Shown here one piece after another: positions 14,471-23,759 of a DNA stretch of 41,238 bases. Location: NCBI GenBank assembly GCA_903921665.1, contig CAIXQT010000012.1, positions 1-41,238 on the forward strand, written 5' to 3'. The stretch comes from an uncultured Opitutia bacterium (lineage in GTDB: Bacteria; Verrucomicrobiota; Verrucomicrobiia; Opitutales; UBA953). Position numbers and translations under genes: made by a program. Below the pieces are notes generated by a model. That model was given only the letters and a program-made list of their open reading frames with translations. It did not search any database and was not told the DNA's origin. Position 1 is the first letter of the stretch, and each line of letters starts with the position of its first letter.

Positions 14471-15253
14471 TTACTTGACGAACGAGTATTCGGTCGGCTT
14501 GAGGAACTCGGATTTCACGCCGTCCTTGATCGTCAGCGAACCGCCGGCCTTCTGTTCGGATGCGCCCTTGGCGGCGATCCAAGCCGGGTCGGCGCGGAAC
14601 GCCCCGAAGCTCGCCTTGGCAATATCTTCGGACTTGTGGGACAGCAGGTAGATAAGGGTGTTGTCGGCGACAAGCTTGCTCTTCGCGCCCTTCTGGTCGG
14701 CGGCGAGATTCCAGTACGTGACGTTGGTCATGCCGTGCTTCTCGAAGAGCTTCAGGGTGTGGTCGCGGAAGCGGGCGTTGAGGTTCGGCAGGCGGCCGGC
14801 TTCGGTCGTGTAGGTGCGGAGTTCGAAGACGCCGACCCCGAAGTTCTTGGCCTCGGCCAGGGCGGAGTAGTCGGTGGCGGTCAGGAAAGCGCTCTCGATG
14901 CGGGCGACCAGGACGCCGTCCTTATGGGAATCGGCGTAGGCTTTCTTCCAGGCAGGGTCGTTCATGAAGCCTTTCCAAGAGGCGTCCCGGGCAGCCTTGT
15001 CGGGGTAGGCGAGGAAGTAGACGAGCTTGCGCTCGGGGTTCTCCCCGACGGGCACGAAGTAGCCGAGGTTGGTCATGCCGTGCTTGGTGAAGAGTGCCGT
15101 GGTGTGGTCTCGGAAACGGGCATGCAAGGCGTCCAGTTTGCCTTCGGCGGCGTAGTAGACGCGCATCTCGAAGAGGCGCGTATCCGGCTTGTCAGCTGCG
15201 ACGGCGGTCACGGCGAGAAGGCCAAAGGTGAGGAGGGAGAGCAGGGACTTCAT
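14471..15253 (-). CDS. Secreted protein with two NIPSNAP domains
   Basis: Signal peptide 'MKSLLSLLTFGLLAVTAVAA'. Two repeats of the NIPSNAP pattern: 'FEMRVYYAAEGKLDALHARFRDHTTALFTKHGMTNLGYF' and 'FELRTYTTEAGRLPNLNARFRDHTLKLFEKHGMTNVTYW'. Confidence 0.85.
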   Translation of the reverse strand: MKSLLSLLTFGLLAVTAVAADKPDTRLFEMRVYYAAEGKLDALHARFRDHTTALFTKHGMTNLGYFVPVGENPERKLVYFLAYPDKAARDASWKGFMNDPAWKKAYADSHKDGVLVARIESAFLTATDYSALAEAKNFGVGVFELRTYTTEAGRLPNLNARFRDHTLKLFEKHGMTNVTYWNLAADQKGAKSKLVADNTLIYLLSHKSEDIAKASFGAFRADPAWIAAKGASEQKAGGSLTIKDGVKSEFLKPTEYSFVK

Positions 15254-15254
15254 G

Positions 15255-16211
15255 TTATTTGAGGAATTGGGAAAGGTTTTCGCGGCTGATCAGTTGGAAC
15301 GGAATCATGGTTTCCTTGGGGCAGGGCTGCTTCCGGGCGAGGAGAAGCGCGGCGTCGACCGAGCCCTTGCCCTGACCGACAGCATCCTGAAATACGGTGG
15401 CGTCTAGTCGGCCTTCCTTTACCGCGGTGAGAGCCTGGGCGATGGCGTCGATCCCGATGACATAGACGTCCTTCTTCATGCCGGCACGTTCCAGCGCCAG
15501 CAGGGCGCCCATGGCCATCTCGTCATTATGCGCGAAGATTGCCGAGAATTTGCCCTTATGGGCTTGAATCCAGTTTTCGGTCAAGGCCATCGCCTTGGCG
15601 CGATCCCAGGAGGCGGTCTGGTGATCGACGAGCCTAAGGCCTGGGTATTTAGCGAAGACTTCGCGGGCACCGGCTTCACGCTGCAGCTGAGCCGAGGTGC
15701 CCATGATGCCGTGGAGCATTAGCACGCCGCCCTGGCCGTTGAGTTTCTTGGCGATGGCTTCCACGGCGATGCGGCCGGCGTCGAAATCATTGGAACCGAT
15801 ATAGGAATCTCCGGCGGACTTAGTCACCTGGTTCACGAGAACCAGCGGGATGCCGGCGGCCTTGATGCGGTCGACGGCGGGAGTGCTGGCTTCAAGCTCG
15901 CAAGGATTAAGGATGATCGCATCTACCTTCTGGGCGATGAAGTTCTCGACCTGGCTGAACTGCTTCTGGACGTCGGACTGCGCGTCGACCATCACCAGTT
16001 TAACGCCCGGTTTCGTCTTGGCATAGTCAACGATGGCCTCGGAGAGTTTGGCGGTGTACTCGGCGGACAGGTCGCGGGAGGAGAAACCGATGAGGATTTC
16101 GCCCTCCTTGCGCGTTTCGGCTTTCTTGCAGCCGGAGAAGAGGGACGCAGTGAGCGAGAGGGTGCAGACAGCCAAAAAGGCCGTAACAGCTTTGCGAGGG
16201 GTAAGACGCAT
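15255..16211 (-). CDS. Sugar ABC transporter substrate-binding lipoprotein (RbsB-like, PBP type I)
   Basis: Lipobox 'LFSGC'. 'ILIGFSSRDLSAEY...VKLVMVDAQSD...VDAIILNP...IPLVLVN' is the typical ribose/galactose-binding-protein fold pattern. Confidence 0.9.
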   Translation of the reverse strand: MRLTPRKAVTAFLAVCTLSLTASLFSGCKKAETRKEGEILIGFSSRDLSAEYTAKLSEAIVDYAKTKPGVKLVMVDAQSDVQKQFSQVENFIAQKVDAIILNPCELEASTPAVDRIKAAGIPLVLVNQVTKSAGDSYIGSNDFDAGRIAVEAIAKKLNGQGGVLMLHGIMGTSAQLQREAGAREVFAKYPGLRLVDHQTASWDRAKAMALTENWIQAHKGKFSAIFAHNDEMAMGALLALERAGMKKDVYVIGIDAIAQALTAVKEGRLDATVFQDAVGQGKGSVDAALLLARKQPCPKETMIPFQLISRENLSQFLK

Positions 16212-16220
16212 GCCGGACTT

Positions 16221-17156
16221 TTACGAACGCGACTGACGACGGTCGAGCCAAACCGCACCCACGATGATGACACCCTTGATGACGGCCTGATAATACGAGG
16301 AAACACCCATCAAATCCAAGCCGTTGTTGATCACTCCGATGAGCAAGACCCCGAGCAAGGTGCCCGTGATCGTACCGACCCCGCCGGCTAGGCTTGTCCC
16401 GCCGATGACCACCGCCGCGATGGCGTCGAGCTCGTAGGCTTGGCCGGCGTTGGGCTGTCCGGTCGTGATGCGGGCCGCCAGGACGACGCCGGCAAGCCCG
16501 GTGAGCAGTCCGCACAGCGCGTAGGCGAAGAGCTTCACGCGTTCCACCGGCACACCCGCGGCCCGGGCGGCGTTTTCATTGCCGCCGACGGCGTAGATAT
16601 GGCGACCCAGCCGGAAGTTGCGCAGGAAGAACCAGGCGGCGAAGGCGACGGCCGCGAAACAAAGCACCGGAATCGGGACGCCAAAGAGATCATCCGCGAA
16701 GGCCGTCAGTTCATTCGACATGTTCGCCACCGGCCTGCCGCCGCTCACGATGAGCGCCAGCCCGCGGGCGATGGTCATCATCCCGAGCGTCACGATGAAT
16801 GGCGCCACCCCGCCGCGAGTCACGAGAGCCCCGTTGACCAGCCCGCAGGCGGCGCCGGTGAGCAGGCCGACGGCGATCGGAATGATGACCGGGTGTTCGC
16901 CTGGATGGGCGAACGTCGCGCAGGCGACGCCGCTGAGGGCGACGACGGAACCAAGGGAAAGATCGACGCCCGCGGTGAGCAGCACGAACGTCACGCCGAC
17001 GGCCAGGATGCCATTGATGGAGATCTGGCGGGCGACGTTGGTGAGGTTTGCGACGCTCAGGAAGGTGTCGGTGGCGACGGATAGCGCGAGGCCGACGCCG
17101 AGGATGACGAGCAGTAGGCCGAAGCGGTGGAGCAGGTTGCGGTCGAGGGCGAGCAT
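16221..17156 (-). CDS. Sugar ABC transporter permease (RbsC-like)
   Basis: A polytopic membrane protein. 'GGVAPFIVTLGMMTIARGLALI' and 'GRHIYAVGGNENAARAAGVPV' are characteristic of the BPD_transp_2 family. Confidence 0.9.
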   Translation of the reverse strand: MLALDRNLLHRFGLLLVILGVGLALSVATDTFLSVANLTNVARQISINGILAVGVTFVLLTAGVDLSLGSVVALSGVACATFAHPGEHPVIIPIAVGLLTGAACGLVNGALVTRGGVAPFIVTLGMMTIARGLALIVSGGRPVANMSNELTAFADDLFGVPIPVLCFAAVAFAAWFFLRNFRLGRHIYAVGGNENAARAAGVPVERVKLFAYALCGLLTGLAGVVLAARITTGQPNAGQAYELDAIAAVVIGGTSLAGGVGTITGTLLGVLLIGVINNGLDLMGVSSYYQAVIKGVIIVGAVWLDRRQSRS

Positions 17157-17160
17157 GACG

Positions 17161-18636
17161 TTATAAAGGCATGGCGTGACGGAGCACGGTCTCCTGATCG
17201 GTCTGCGTAGCGTCGAGGGTGGCGGCTACGGAACCGCGGCGGAGGACGACGATACGATGGGCCAAGGCAAGCACTTCGGGAAGCTCGGACGAGATCAGTA
17301 AGATCGCCTTCCCGGCATGGGCCAGCCGTTGAATCAGCGCGTAGATTTCAGCCTTCGCTCCGATGTCGATACCGCGGGTGGGCTCGTCCAGGATGATAAG
17401 CTCCGGTCCGGTCAGTAAGCAGCGGGACAGGAGAGCCTTCTGCTGGTTGCCTCCGCTCAACTGGCCGATCGGCTGAGCCGGGCTGCTGGCCTTGATCGAG
17501 AAGCCGGCCATCTGGGCCTGCTGCGCGGCGACTTCCGCCGTGTGATTAAGCATCGGACCGTAACAGAACTCGCGCAAGGCGGTCAGCGTGATGTTCTGAC
17601 CGACGCCGAGGGCGGGGATCAGTCCGAGGCCTTTACGATCCTCGGTGACCATGCCGATGCCGGCGGCCAAGGCGTCTCGCGGACTGCGGACGGAAATCGG
17701 CTGACCCCTGAGACGAATCTGGCCGCTGGCCGCCGGCTGTAGCCCGTAGATCGCGCTGGCGATTTCGGTACGACCGGCTCCCATCAATCCCGCGAGGGCG
17801 ACGACTTCTCCGCGATGGATCCGGAAGCTGATCTCTCGATAGGCCGGTTCACGCGTAAGGCCGTCGACTTCGAGCAAGATGTCCGCCGATGGTTTCGGGC
17901 GGGCAGGGTAGACGTCGGAGAGATCTCGTCCGACCATCATCGTAATGAGCTTGGCGGGACTCAGCTCCGCCGCCGGCGCCGAACCGACAAGGCGGCCATC
18001 GCGCAAGACCGAGACGCGGTCGGCCAGCTTGAAGACCTCCTCCATCTTGTGGGTCGTATAGACCACCGCCACGCCGCGGGCTTTCAGGCGGGCGATCGCG
18101 CGGAAGAGGGCGGCCACCTCGTGGTCGGAAAGCGCCGCAGTCGGCTCATCCATCAAGATGACGTCCGCTTGTCTCCCGAGCGCTTTGGCGATCTCGACGA
18201 CCTGGGTCTGCGCGACGGTCAGCGTGCGCATGAGCCGATCAGGTGCGATATCGGCCTCAAGCTCCAGAAGGAGTTTGTCGGCTAGTCGTAATTGTGCCGC
18301 GCGGTCGATTCGTCCGAGAGACACGCAAGGCTCGTGGCCGAGGGTGATGTTTTCCGCGACCGTCAGGTCAGGAATCGGCATCAACTCCTGATGGATCATC
18401 GCGATGCCCGCGACCAAGGCGTCATGAGGGGAGCCGAAGGCGACCTTGTTGCCTCGCCATTCGACGTGACCGCCGTCGGGTCGGTAGAGCCCGGCCAGCA
18501 CCTTCATCAGCGTCGACTTCCCTGCGCCGTTCTCGCCCATCAGCGCATGCACTTCCCCGGGTCGAAATTCGACCGAGGTAGGATGCAAGACGGTGAGCCC
18601 TCCGAAATCCTTGCGTAGTTCGAGGGCTCGGAGCAT
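17161..18636 (-). CDS. Sugar ABC transporter ATP-binding protein (two fused ABC domains, RbsA/MglA-like)
   Basis: Walker A motifs 'GENGAGKST' and 'GLMGAGRTE'. Signature 'LSGGNQQK'. Walker B motifs 'ILMDEPT' and 'IILDEPT'. Confidence 0.92.
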   Translation of the reverse strand: MLRALELRKDFGGLTVLHPTSVEFRPGEVHALMGENGAGKSTLMKVLAGLYRPDGGHVEWRGNKVAFGSPHDALVAGIAMIHQELMPIPDLTVAENITLGHEPCVSLGRIDRAAQLRLADKLLLELEADIAPDRLMRTLTVAQTQVVEIAKALGRQADVILMDEPTAALSDHEVAALFRAIARLKARGVAVVYTTHKMEEVFKLADRVSVLRDGRLVGSAPAAELSPAKLITMMVGRDLSDVYPARPKPSADILLEVDGLTREPAYREISFRIHRGEVVALAGLMGAGRTEIASAIYGLQPAASGQIRLRGQPISVRSPRDALAAGIGMVTEDRKGLGLIPALGVGQNITLTALREFCYGPMLNHTAEVAAQQAQMAGFSIKASSPAQPIGQLSGGNQQKALLSRCLLTGPELIILDEPTRGIDIGAKAEIYALIQRLAHAGKAILLISSELPEVLALAHRIVVLRRGSVAATLDATQTDQETVLRHAMPL

Positions 18637-18645
18637 CGGGGGCGA

Positions 18646-19128
18646 TCAGCAGCAGCCCGAACCGGGCGAGCAGGCTGACTTGTTCTGAAGATTGGCCGGG
18701 AAGCAGACGTCCTCGGCCAGACAGGCCGTGTGGCGCATGCCGAAGGATAGCACGATCTGCTTTTTCTCGAGACGGGTGGCGACGATCGGGAAGGTCGAAA
18801 GGTAGGGCGCTTCGGCTTCCACTTCGACCGGAAGCGTCACCGATCCGAGCACCGCGGCGCCCTTGGCCAGGATCTGGGCGAACTTCGCCGCCGTGATGCG
18901 ATGCTCCGTGTCGTCAGCCTGGTAGATCTGGAGACGGCAGCTCGAGTCCGTACGGAGCGTGCCGCCGCAGTCGACGAACTTCTTGTCGAGACGGGCGACT
19001 TCCGTCACGTGCACGTGCGGGCTGAGCAGCGTCGTCGTCGGAAGTTCGAAACGCACGATCCTGCCATCCGCCTTGTTGAGGGCCTCTACGAGCTGCTGAA
19101 GGGACAAGGCGATGGGGGATAGTTTCAT
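18646..19128 (-). CDS. DUF6428-like protein with Cys-rich C-terminal tail
   Basis: Start at ATG 19128 (MKLSPIAL...). 'PHVHVTEVARLDKKFVDCGGTLR' and the terminal 'CSPGSGCC' match my recollection of the DUF6428 family. The ATG overlaps the stop of the upstream DUF1080 gene as ATGA (19125-19128). Confidence 0.65.
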   Translation of the reverse strand: MKLSPIALSLQQLVEALNKADGRIVRFELPTTTLLSPHVHVTEVARLDKKFVDCGGTLRTDSSCRLQIYQADDTEHRITAAKFAQILAKGAAVLGSVTLPVEVEAEAPYLSTFPIVATRLEKKQIVLSFGMRHTACLAEDVCFPANLQNKSACSPGSGCC

Positions 19129-19982
19129 CGGGAAGGGAGGTCTTTGGCCACGTCGGCGGGCCAGGCGGTCAACGGGCGGATCTGCAAGCGGCGATATTCG
19201 CATTCGGCCGCCTCGGACTGGATCTGAAGCTTACCTGACTTCAGGGGGATGTCGACCGTCGAACCCTTCTCTCGAAAGCGGGAATTCAGGATGACATTCA
19301 CCGTCTTGCCGTTGAGACGAAAGACGGCGTCGCCGTTGAGGGAGAAGCATTCGATCAGGTTCCACTCGCCCGTGGGCTTTTCGTGGTAGTCGACGCCGTG
19401 CCAGACGCGGGCATTGACCGCGGTCAGCTTACCCTGCGGGTCGTACGTGCGCTTCTTCACCGGGTCATCGGTTCGGATCGGGATGTCCGCGATCGCGCCG
19501 ACCAGCGGCCAGTAGTCGCCGATGTCGCCCTCTTGGACCTGCAGTTCCTGGCTGCGCATCCAGAATTTCCCTTGGGCGCCGTGTTCGCCGACGCAGTAGA
19601 TCAGGATGCCGTTGTCGCGCACCATCTGGGTGCGTGGCTCCCAGCGTTTCTCACCGAAGCGCTGCTCGGTCTTGAGGTGAAAGTTATCGTAAGACTTCAG
19701 CGTCGTCAGCGCGCCGAAGACCTGTCCCGTGATGTGCAGGACCGTCTCGCCATCAAGCTGACGGGTCGTGAAGACCTTGAGCGGGTCGTTATTCAGGCCC
19801 AGCACCGGGTCATCCTTCGGCTTGGCCCCACGGACGTAGCCCGGGAGGTCGTAGGCGCGATGGACCGGCCCAAGCCATTTTTCCCACTGCGATAACTGGG
19901 GGTCGAGGAGGGATTGGAAGGCAGGCTCCGCCGCCGCGGCCAAGGTGCCGCAACAGACGAAGGCGAGGAGTGGCAGTCGCAT
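19125..19982 (-). CDS. Secreted DUF1080 (3-keto-disaccharide hydrolase-like, concanavalin-fold) protein
   Basis: Signal peptide 'MRLPLLAFVCCGTLAAAA'. 'YDNFHLKTEQRF', 'WNLIECFSLNGDAVFRLNGKTVN' and 'GKLQIQSEAAECEYRRLQIRPL' fit the DUF1080 pattern. Confidence 0.75.
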   Translation of the reverse strand: MRLPLLAFVCCGTLAAAAEPAFQSLLDPQLSQWEKWLGPVHRAYDLPGYVRGAKPKDDPVLGLNNDPLKVFTTRQLDGETVLHITGQVFGALTTLKSYDNFHLKTEQRFGEKRWEPRTQMVRDNGILIYCVGEHGAQGKFWMRSQELQVQEGDIGDYWPLVGAIADIPIRTDDPVKKRTYDPQGKLTAVNARVWHGVDYHEKPTGEWNLIECFSLNGDAVFRLNGKTVNVILNSRFREKGSTVDIPLKSGKLQIQSEAAECEYRRLQIRPLTAWPADVAKDLPSR

Positions 19983-19986
19983 CGTC

Positions 19987-20922
19987 TTAGCGGACGTCGC
20001 GCCAGAGCCAGCTCAGGGCTTCCGGAAGAAGCTGGGCGCCGTGGCGGCTGTTGTGGGTGCCTTCGCCCATGACGAACTTGTAGTCGTAGCCCTTGGCCTT
20101 CCAAGCGTCGGCCATCTTCTGGTTGGCTTCGGGCCAGACGCCGAACTCGTTGGTCAGGTCATGCGTGCCGTCCTGCGAAAAGATGCGGATGTTCTTCTTA
20201 GGGGAATCCAAGACCATCTGCGGGTACAGATCGCCGCCCTTTTCGGCGCCTTTGCTGATCACGCCGCGGATGTTGGTGAAGCTGCCGATCGTCGTGAAGA
20301 CCTTGCTGAAGGATTCTGGGCGGTGCCAGGCGGCATTGAAGGCGCAGATGCCGCCGGAGGAGGCGCCAGCGATCGCACGACGAGCCGGGTCCTTCGAGAA
20401 CTTCACCCCTTTGGATTCGGCGAGCGGGATCATTTCTTCGATGAGGAACTGCGGATAGAGGTCCGTGACGCTGTCATATTCGAACGAGCGGTTCGACTTA
20501 CCGAGAGGGCGGCCTTTCTTGTCCTTGCCGCTGGGGTTCTTCGGGTCGGGGATGAAGCCCGGAGCGATGAAGAGCGCGATCGTCACCGGCATCTTCTTCT
20601 GGGCGATCAGGTTATCGAAGACCACCGGCACGCGCCATGAGCCGGTGCGGCTGGCGTAGCCGGGGCCGTCTTGGAAGATCATCAGGCAGGCTTCCTTGGA
20701 CGCGACATACTGCTTGGGCACATAGAGGGCCCACTTGCGACCGTAACCCGGGAAGGCCTTCGAGTCTTCCATCTCATATTCGGTGACCGTGCCTTTAGGC
20801 ACGCCGGCCTTCTCCTGGGAGTCGGGGCCGAGGACGTACTGGGAGTCGTAATCGGGCTTCTTGGGTTCGGCGCCAAGCAGGCTGATGGCCAGCAGGCATG
20901 GGAGGAGGCGGAGGAGCTTCAT
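19987..20922 (-). CDS. Secreted alpha/beta-hydrolase, esterase family (enterochelin-esterase/esterase D-like)
   Basis: Signal peptide '[18 protein letters not shown]'. Nucleophile elbow 'GASSGG'. 'YVPKQY...' is the usual start of putative-esterase domains. Confidence 0.75.
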   Translation of the reverse strand: MKLLRLLPCLLAISLLGAEPKKPDYDSQYVLGPDSQEKAGVPKGTVTEYEMEDSKAFPGYGRKWALYVPKQYVASKEACLMIFQDGPGYASRTGSWRVPVVFDNLIAQKKMPVTIALFIAPGFIPDPKNPSGKDKKGRPLGKSNRSFEYDSVTDLYPQFLIEEMIPLAESKGVKFSKDPARRAIAGASSGGICAFNAAWHRPESFSKVFTTIGSFTNIRGVISKGAEKGGDLYPQMVLDSPKKNIRIFSQDGTHDLTNEFGVWPEANQKMADAWKAKGYDYKFVMGEGTHNSRHGAQLLPEALSWLWRDVR

Positions 20923-20974
20923 GGGGGTGTTCGGATATGAAACACCGGAAGGGCTCTACACAAGCCCAAGGAGC

Positions 20975-22297
20975 TCAGCGTGTGGGTTCCTGGCCGACTT
21001 TCCTTAGCTTCCAGAGCTCCGGAAACTTCCAATGGGTCAAGGTCATCACGCCAAAAGTCGCGACACCGCCAAAGACCACCGAATTCACGGTCCCCATCAG
21101 GCGGGCGGCCAGCCCTGATTCGGCCATGCCGAGTTCGTTGGAGCAGCCGATGAAGACCGCGGTCACGGCCGAGACCCGCCCCATCATCTCCGGCGGCACG
21201 GACGTCTGCAGGATCGTCTGACGGATGATCACGTTGACCGCATCAGCCGCGCCGGCGAACAGCAGGAAGACGAACGAGAAGACAAAAGCGGCCTGCAGGC
21301 CGAGGCCTAGCGCCGAGGCCAAGGCGATCGAAAGGGCGAAGCCGATGGTGCAGAGGCCAAAGACGCCGAAGGATCCGTACAAGGCTGGACCGGCGTGGCG
21401 CAGGGGCGGCCGTACGATGAGGTAGAGCGACATCAGTACCGCGCCAACCGAGGAGGCTGCCCGGAGCATCCCGAAGCCAAAGGCGCCGACCTGGAGCATG
21501 TCGGCGAAGATCGGCAGCAACGCCACGGCGCCACCCAGCAACACCGCGAACAGGTCCATCGTGAAGGCGCCGAGCATGATCCGCTGGCTGAGCATGAAAT
21601 CGATTCCTTGACGGAGGCTGACGAAGATCGGCTCAGGCCGGCGAGACTGCAGCGTCTGGGTCGGCCGAAGCGCGATCGTCAGTACCAGCGATCCGGCGAA
21701 ACAACAGGACATGGCCGCGTACGCGACGTTCTCGGCGTGCGCGAGGCCGTTCTTTTCGCCCAACCAGACCATCAGGCCGGCCAGGCCGGGTCCGATGACG
21801 CAGGCGAGTTCGAAAAGGGTGTTACGCCAGCGGACGCCGCCGGGGATGTGTTCGCGAGGCAGGATCTCGGCGATGAGCGCTTGGCGGGCGGTCGTGAGAA
21901 AGCTCCGCGCCAGGCCGCCCAGCACGATCACCCCGTAGATGACGGTCAGTTGGGCCCAGCGGGACGTCAGGAACTCCGGAAGGAAGAGCAACAGTCCAAG
22001 CGTCATCATCGCGATGAGGGCGCCGATGGCGATGCGACGGCGGTTATTGGTATCGGCGACGTGACCGGCGAACAGCACCGCGCTCACGAAGGGGATCACC
22101 TCGGCGAGACCGATGGCGCCGAGGGCCAGGGCGGCGTTGGCTCCTTCGTCCTTGGTCAGGCGAAAGACCTGCCAGGCCACGGCGACGGTCTGGATCTGGA
22201 TGGCCAACGTACCGAGCACGATCGCCGCCAGGTAGAGCCGGAACGACCTGGAGCCGATGGCAGAAGCGGGTGCCTGAGGGGCGATGGACATCGCCAC
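20975..22297 (-). CDS. MFS transporter (EntS/MFS_3-like)
   Basis: About 12 TM helices. N-terminal 'FRLYLAAIVLGTLAIQIQTVAVAWQV'. The listed start is GTG 22297, and ATG 22291 is an equally plausible start. Confidence 0.85.
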   Translation of the reverse strand: MAMSIAPQAPASAIGSRSFRLYLAAIVLGTLAIQIQTVAVAWQVFRLTKDEGANAALALGAIGLAEVIPFVSAVLFAGHVADTNNRRRIAIGALIAMMTLGLLLFLPEFLTSRWAQLTVIYGVIVLGGLARSFLTTARQALIAEILPREHIPGGVRWRNTLFELACVIGPGLAGLMVWLGEKNGLAHAENVAYAAMSCCFAGSLVLTIALRPTQTLQSRRPEPIFVSLRQGIDFMLSQRIMLGAFTMDLFAVLLGGAVALLPIFADMLQVGAFGFGMLRAASSVGAVLMSLYLIVRPPLRHAGPALYGSFGVFGLCTIGFALSIALASALGLGLQAAFVFSFVFLLFAGAADAVNVIIRQTILQTSVPPEMMGRVSAVTAVFIGCSNELGMAESGLAARLMGTVNSVVFGGVATFGVMTLTHWKFPELWKLRKVGQEPTR

Positions 22298-22320
22298 CCC
22301 TTCTGATGGACGGTACGGTT

Positions 22321-23757
22321 CTAGGCAATCACCGCTTTGACCACGTGGCCGGCGACATCAGTCAGACGGTAATAGCGGCCTTGGAACTTGAACGTCTGTC
22401 GCTCGTGATCGACGCCGAGCAGATGCTGCATCGTCGCATGCAGGTCATGGACATGGACAGGGTCCTTCACGATGTTGTAGCCGAACTCGTCGGTCTGGCC
22501 ATGGACGTGGCCGCCTTTGACGCCGGCTCCGGCCATCCAAAGGCTGAAGCATCGGGGGTGATGATCGCGTCCGTAGCTGGTCTTGGTGATCTTGCCCTGG
22601 CTATAGGCGGTCCGGCCGAATTCACCGCCGGAGATGACGAGCGTGTCCTCGAGCAGGCCGCGTTGCTTGAGGTCCTTGATGAGCGCGGCCGATGCCTGGT
22701 CGGTCTGCGAGCACTGGCGCTTGATGCCGCCTGGCAGACCGCCGTGTTGATCCCAGCCTTGGTGAAACAGCTGCACGAAGCGCACGCCTTTCTCGATCAG
22801 GCGACGAGCCTGGAGGCAGTTGGCGGCGAAAGAACCGGGGGATTTCACGCTCTCACCGTACATCGCAAGGGTCGCCGGCGATTCCTTGGACAGGTCGGCT
22901 ACCTCGGGCACGCTGGTCTGCATGCGGTAAGCCATCTCAGCCTGGGCGAGGCGGGCGTCGACTTCCGGGTCGAGTTCGGCCGCGCGCTGGTCGGCGTTGA
23001 GCTTGCCGAGGGCATCGAGCATGCCGCGACGAGCATGTGGCGAGACGCCTTCGGGATTCGTAAGATAGAGCACCGGTTCCTTGCCGGCCTTGAACTGCAC
23101 GCCCTGATGTTCCGAGGGTAGGAAGCCGGACCCCCAGAGACGCGAGTAGAGCGGCTGATCCTTGGTCGCGTCCTGCGATACCAATACGATGAACGCCGGA
23201 AGATTCTCGTTCATGCTGCCGAGGCCGTAGGACGCCCAGGCGCCCATCGAAGGACGGCCGGCGACCTGATTGCCTGAACAGAAGAAAGTGATGGCAGGGT
23301 CGTGATTGATCGCCTCCGTATGCATCGAACGGATGACGCAAAGATCGTCGGCGACACCGCCGGTATGGCTGAGCAGATCGCTATACTCGACGCCGCTCTT
23401 GCCGTAGCGCTTGAAGTCGACGAACGAACCGGCGAGCGGAAGGGTCGCCTGATAGCCGCTCATCCCGGTCAGACGCTGGCCCTGACGCACGGAATCCGGC
23501 AAGGGCTGGGTATTCTTCTCACGCAGCAATGGCTTGGGGTCGAGCGTCTCGAACTGCGAAGGGCCGCCGGCCTGGAAGAGGTAGATGACGCGTTTGGCCT
23601 TGGCCGGGAAATGCGTGCCTTTGGGCAGCGATGCCGCCTGGGCGTCGCCGATGAGGCCGCGCATCGCCAGGGCGCCCAAACCGAGCGCGGAAGCACCGAG
23701 GAAATGCCGACGCGTGGGGTGCATCAGGCTGTCGTAACTAGGCTTAGCGGGCGTCAT
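22321..23757 (-). CDS. Tat-exported DUF1501 (sulfatase-fold) protein
   Basis: Tat signal 'TRRHFLGASALGLGALA'. 'HTEAINHDPA', 'FHQGWDQHG', 'GGEFGRT' and 'GRDHHP' are DUF1501 hallmarks. It lies 2 nt downstream of the PSD1 gene. Confidence 0.9.
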   Translation of the reverse strand: MTPAKPSYDSLMHPTRRHFLGASALGLGALAMRGLIGDAQAASLPKGTHFPAKAKRVIYLFQAGGPSQFETLDPKPLLREKNTQPLPDSVRQGQRLTGMSGYQATLPLAGSFVDFKRYGKSGVEYSDLLSHTGGVADDLCVIRSMHTEAINHDPAITFFCSGNQVAGRPSMGAWASYGLGSMNENLPAFIVLVSQDATKDQPLYSRLWGSGFLPSEHQGVQFKAGKEPVLYLTNPEGVSPHARRGMLDALGKLNADQRAAELDPEVDARLAQAEMAYRMQTSVPEVADLSKESPATLAMYGESVKSPGSFAANCLQARRLIEKGVRFVQLFHQGWDQHGGLPGGIKRQCSQTDQASAALIKDLKQRGLLEDTLVISGGEFGRTAYSQGKITKTSYGRDHHPRCFSLWMAGAGVKGGHVHGQTDEFGYNIVKDPVHVHDLHATMQHLLGVDHERQTFKFQGRYYRLTDVAGHVVKAVIA

Positions 23758-23759
23758 GT

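Noticed and set aside
20923-20974. Small hairpins (GGTGTT...AACACC and GGGCT...AGCCC) in the MFS-esterase gap as a possible internal terminator
   Set aside because: The stems are short (5-6 bp) and no U-tract follows on the minus strand. That is insufficient to call a terminator, so the gap was kept inside the proposed operon with a caveat.
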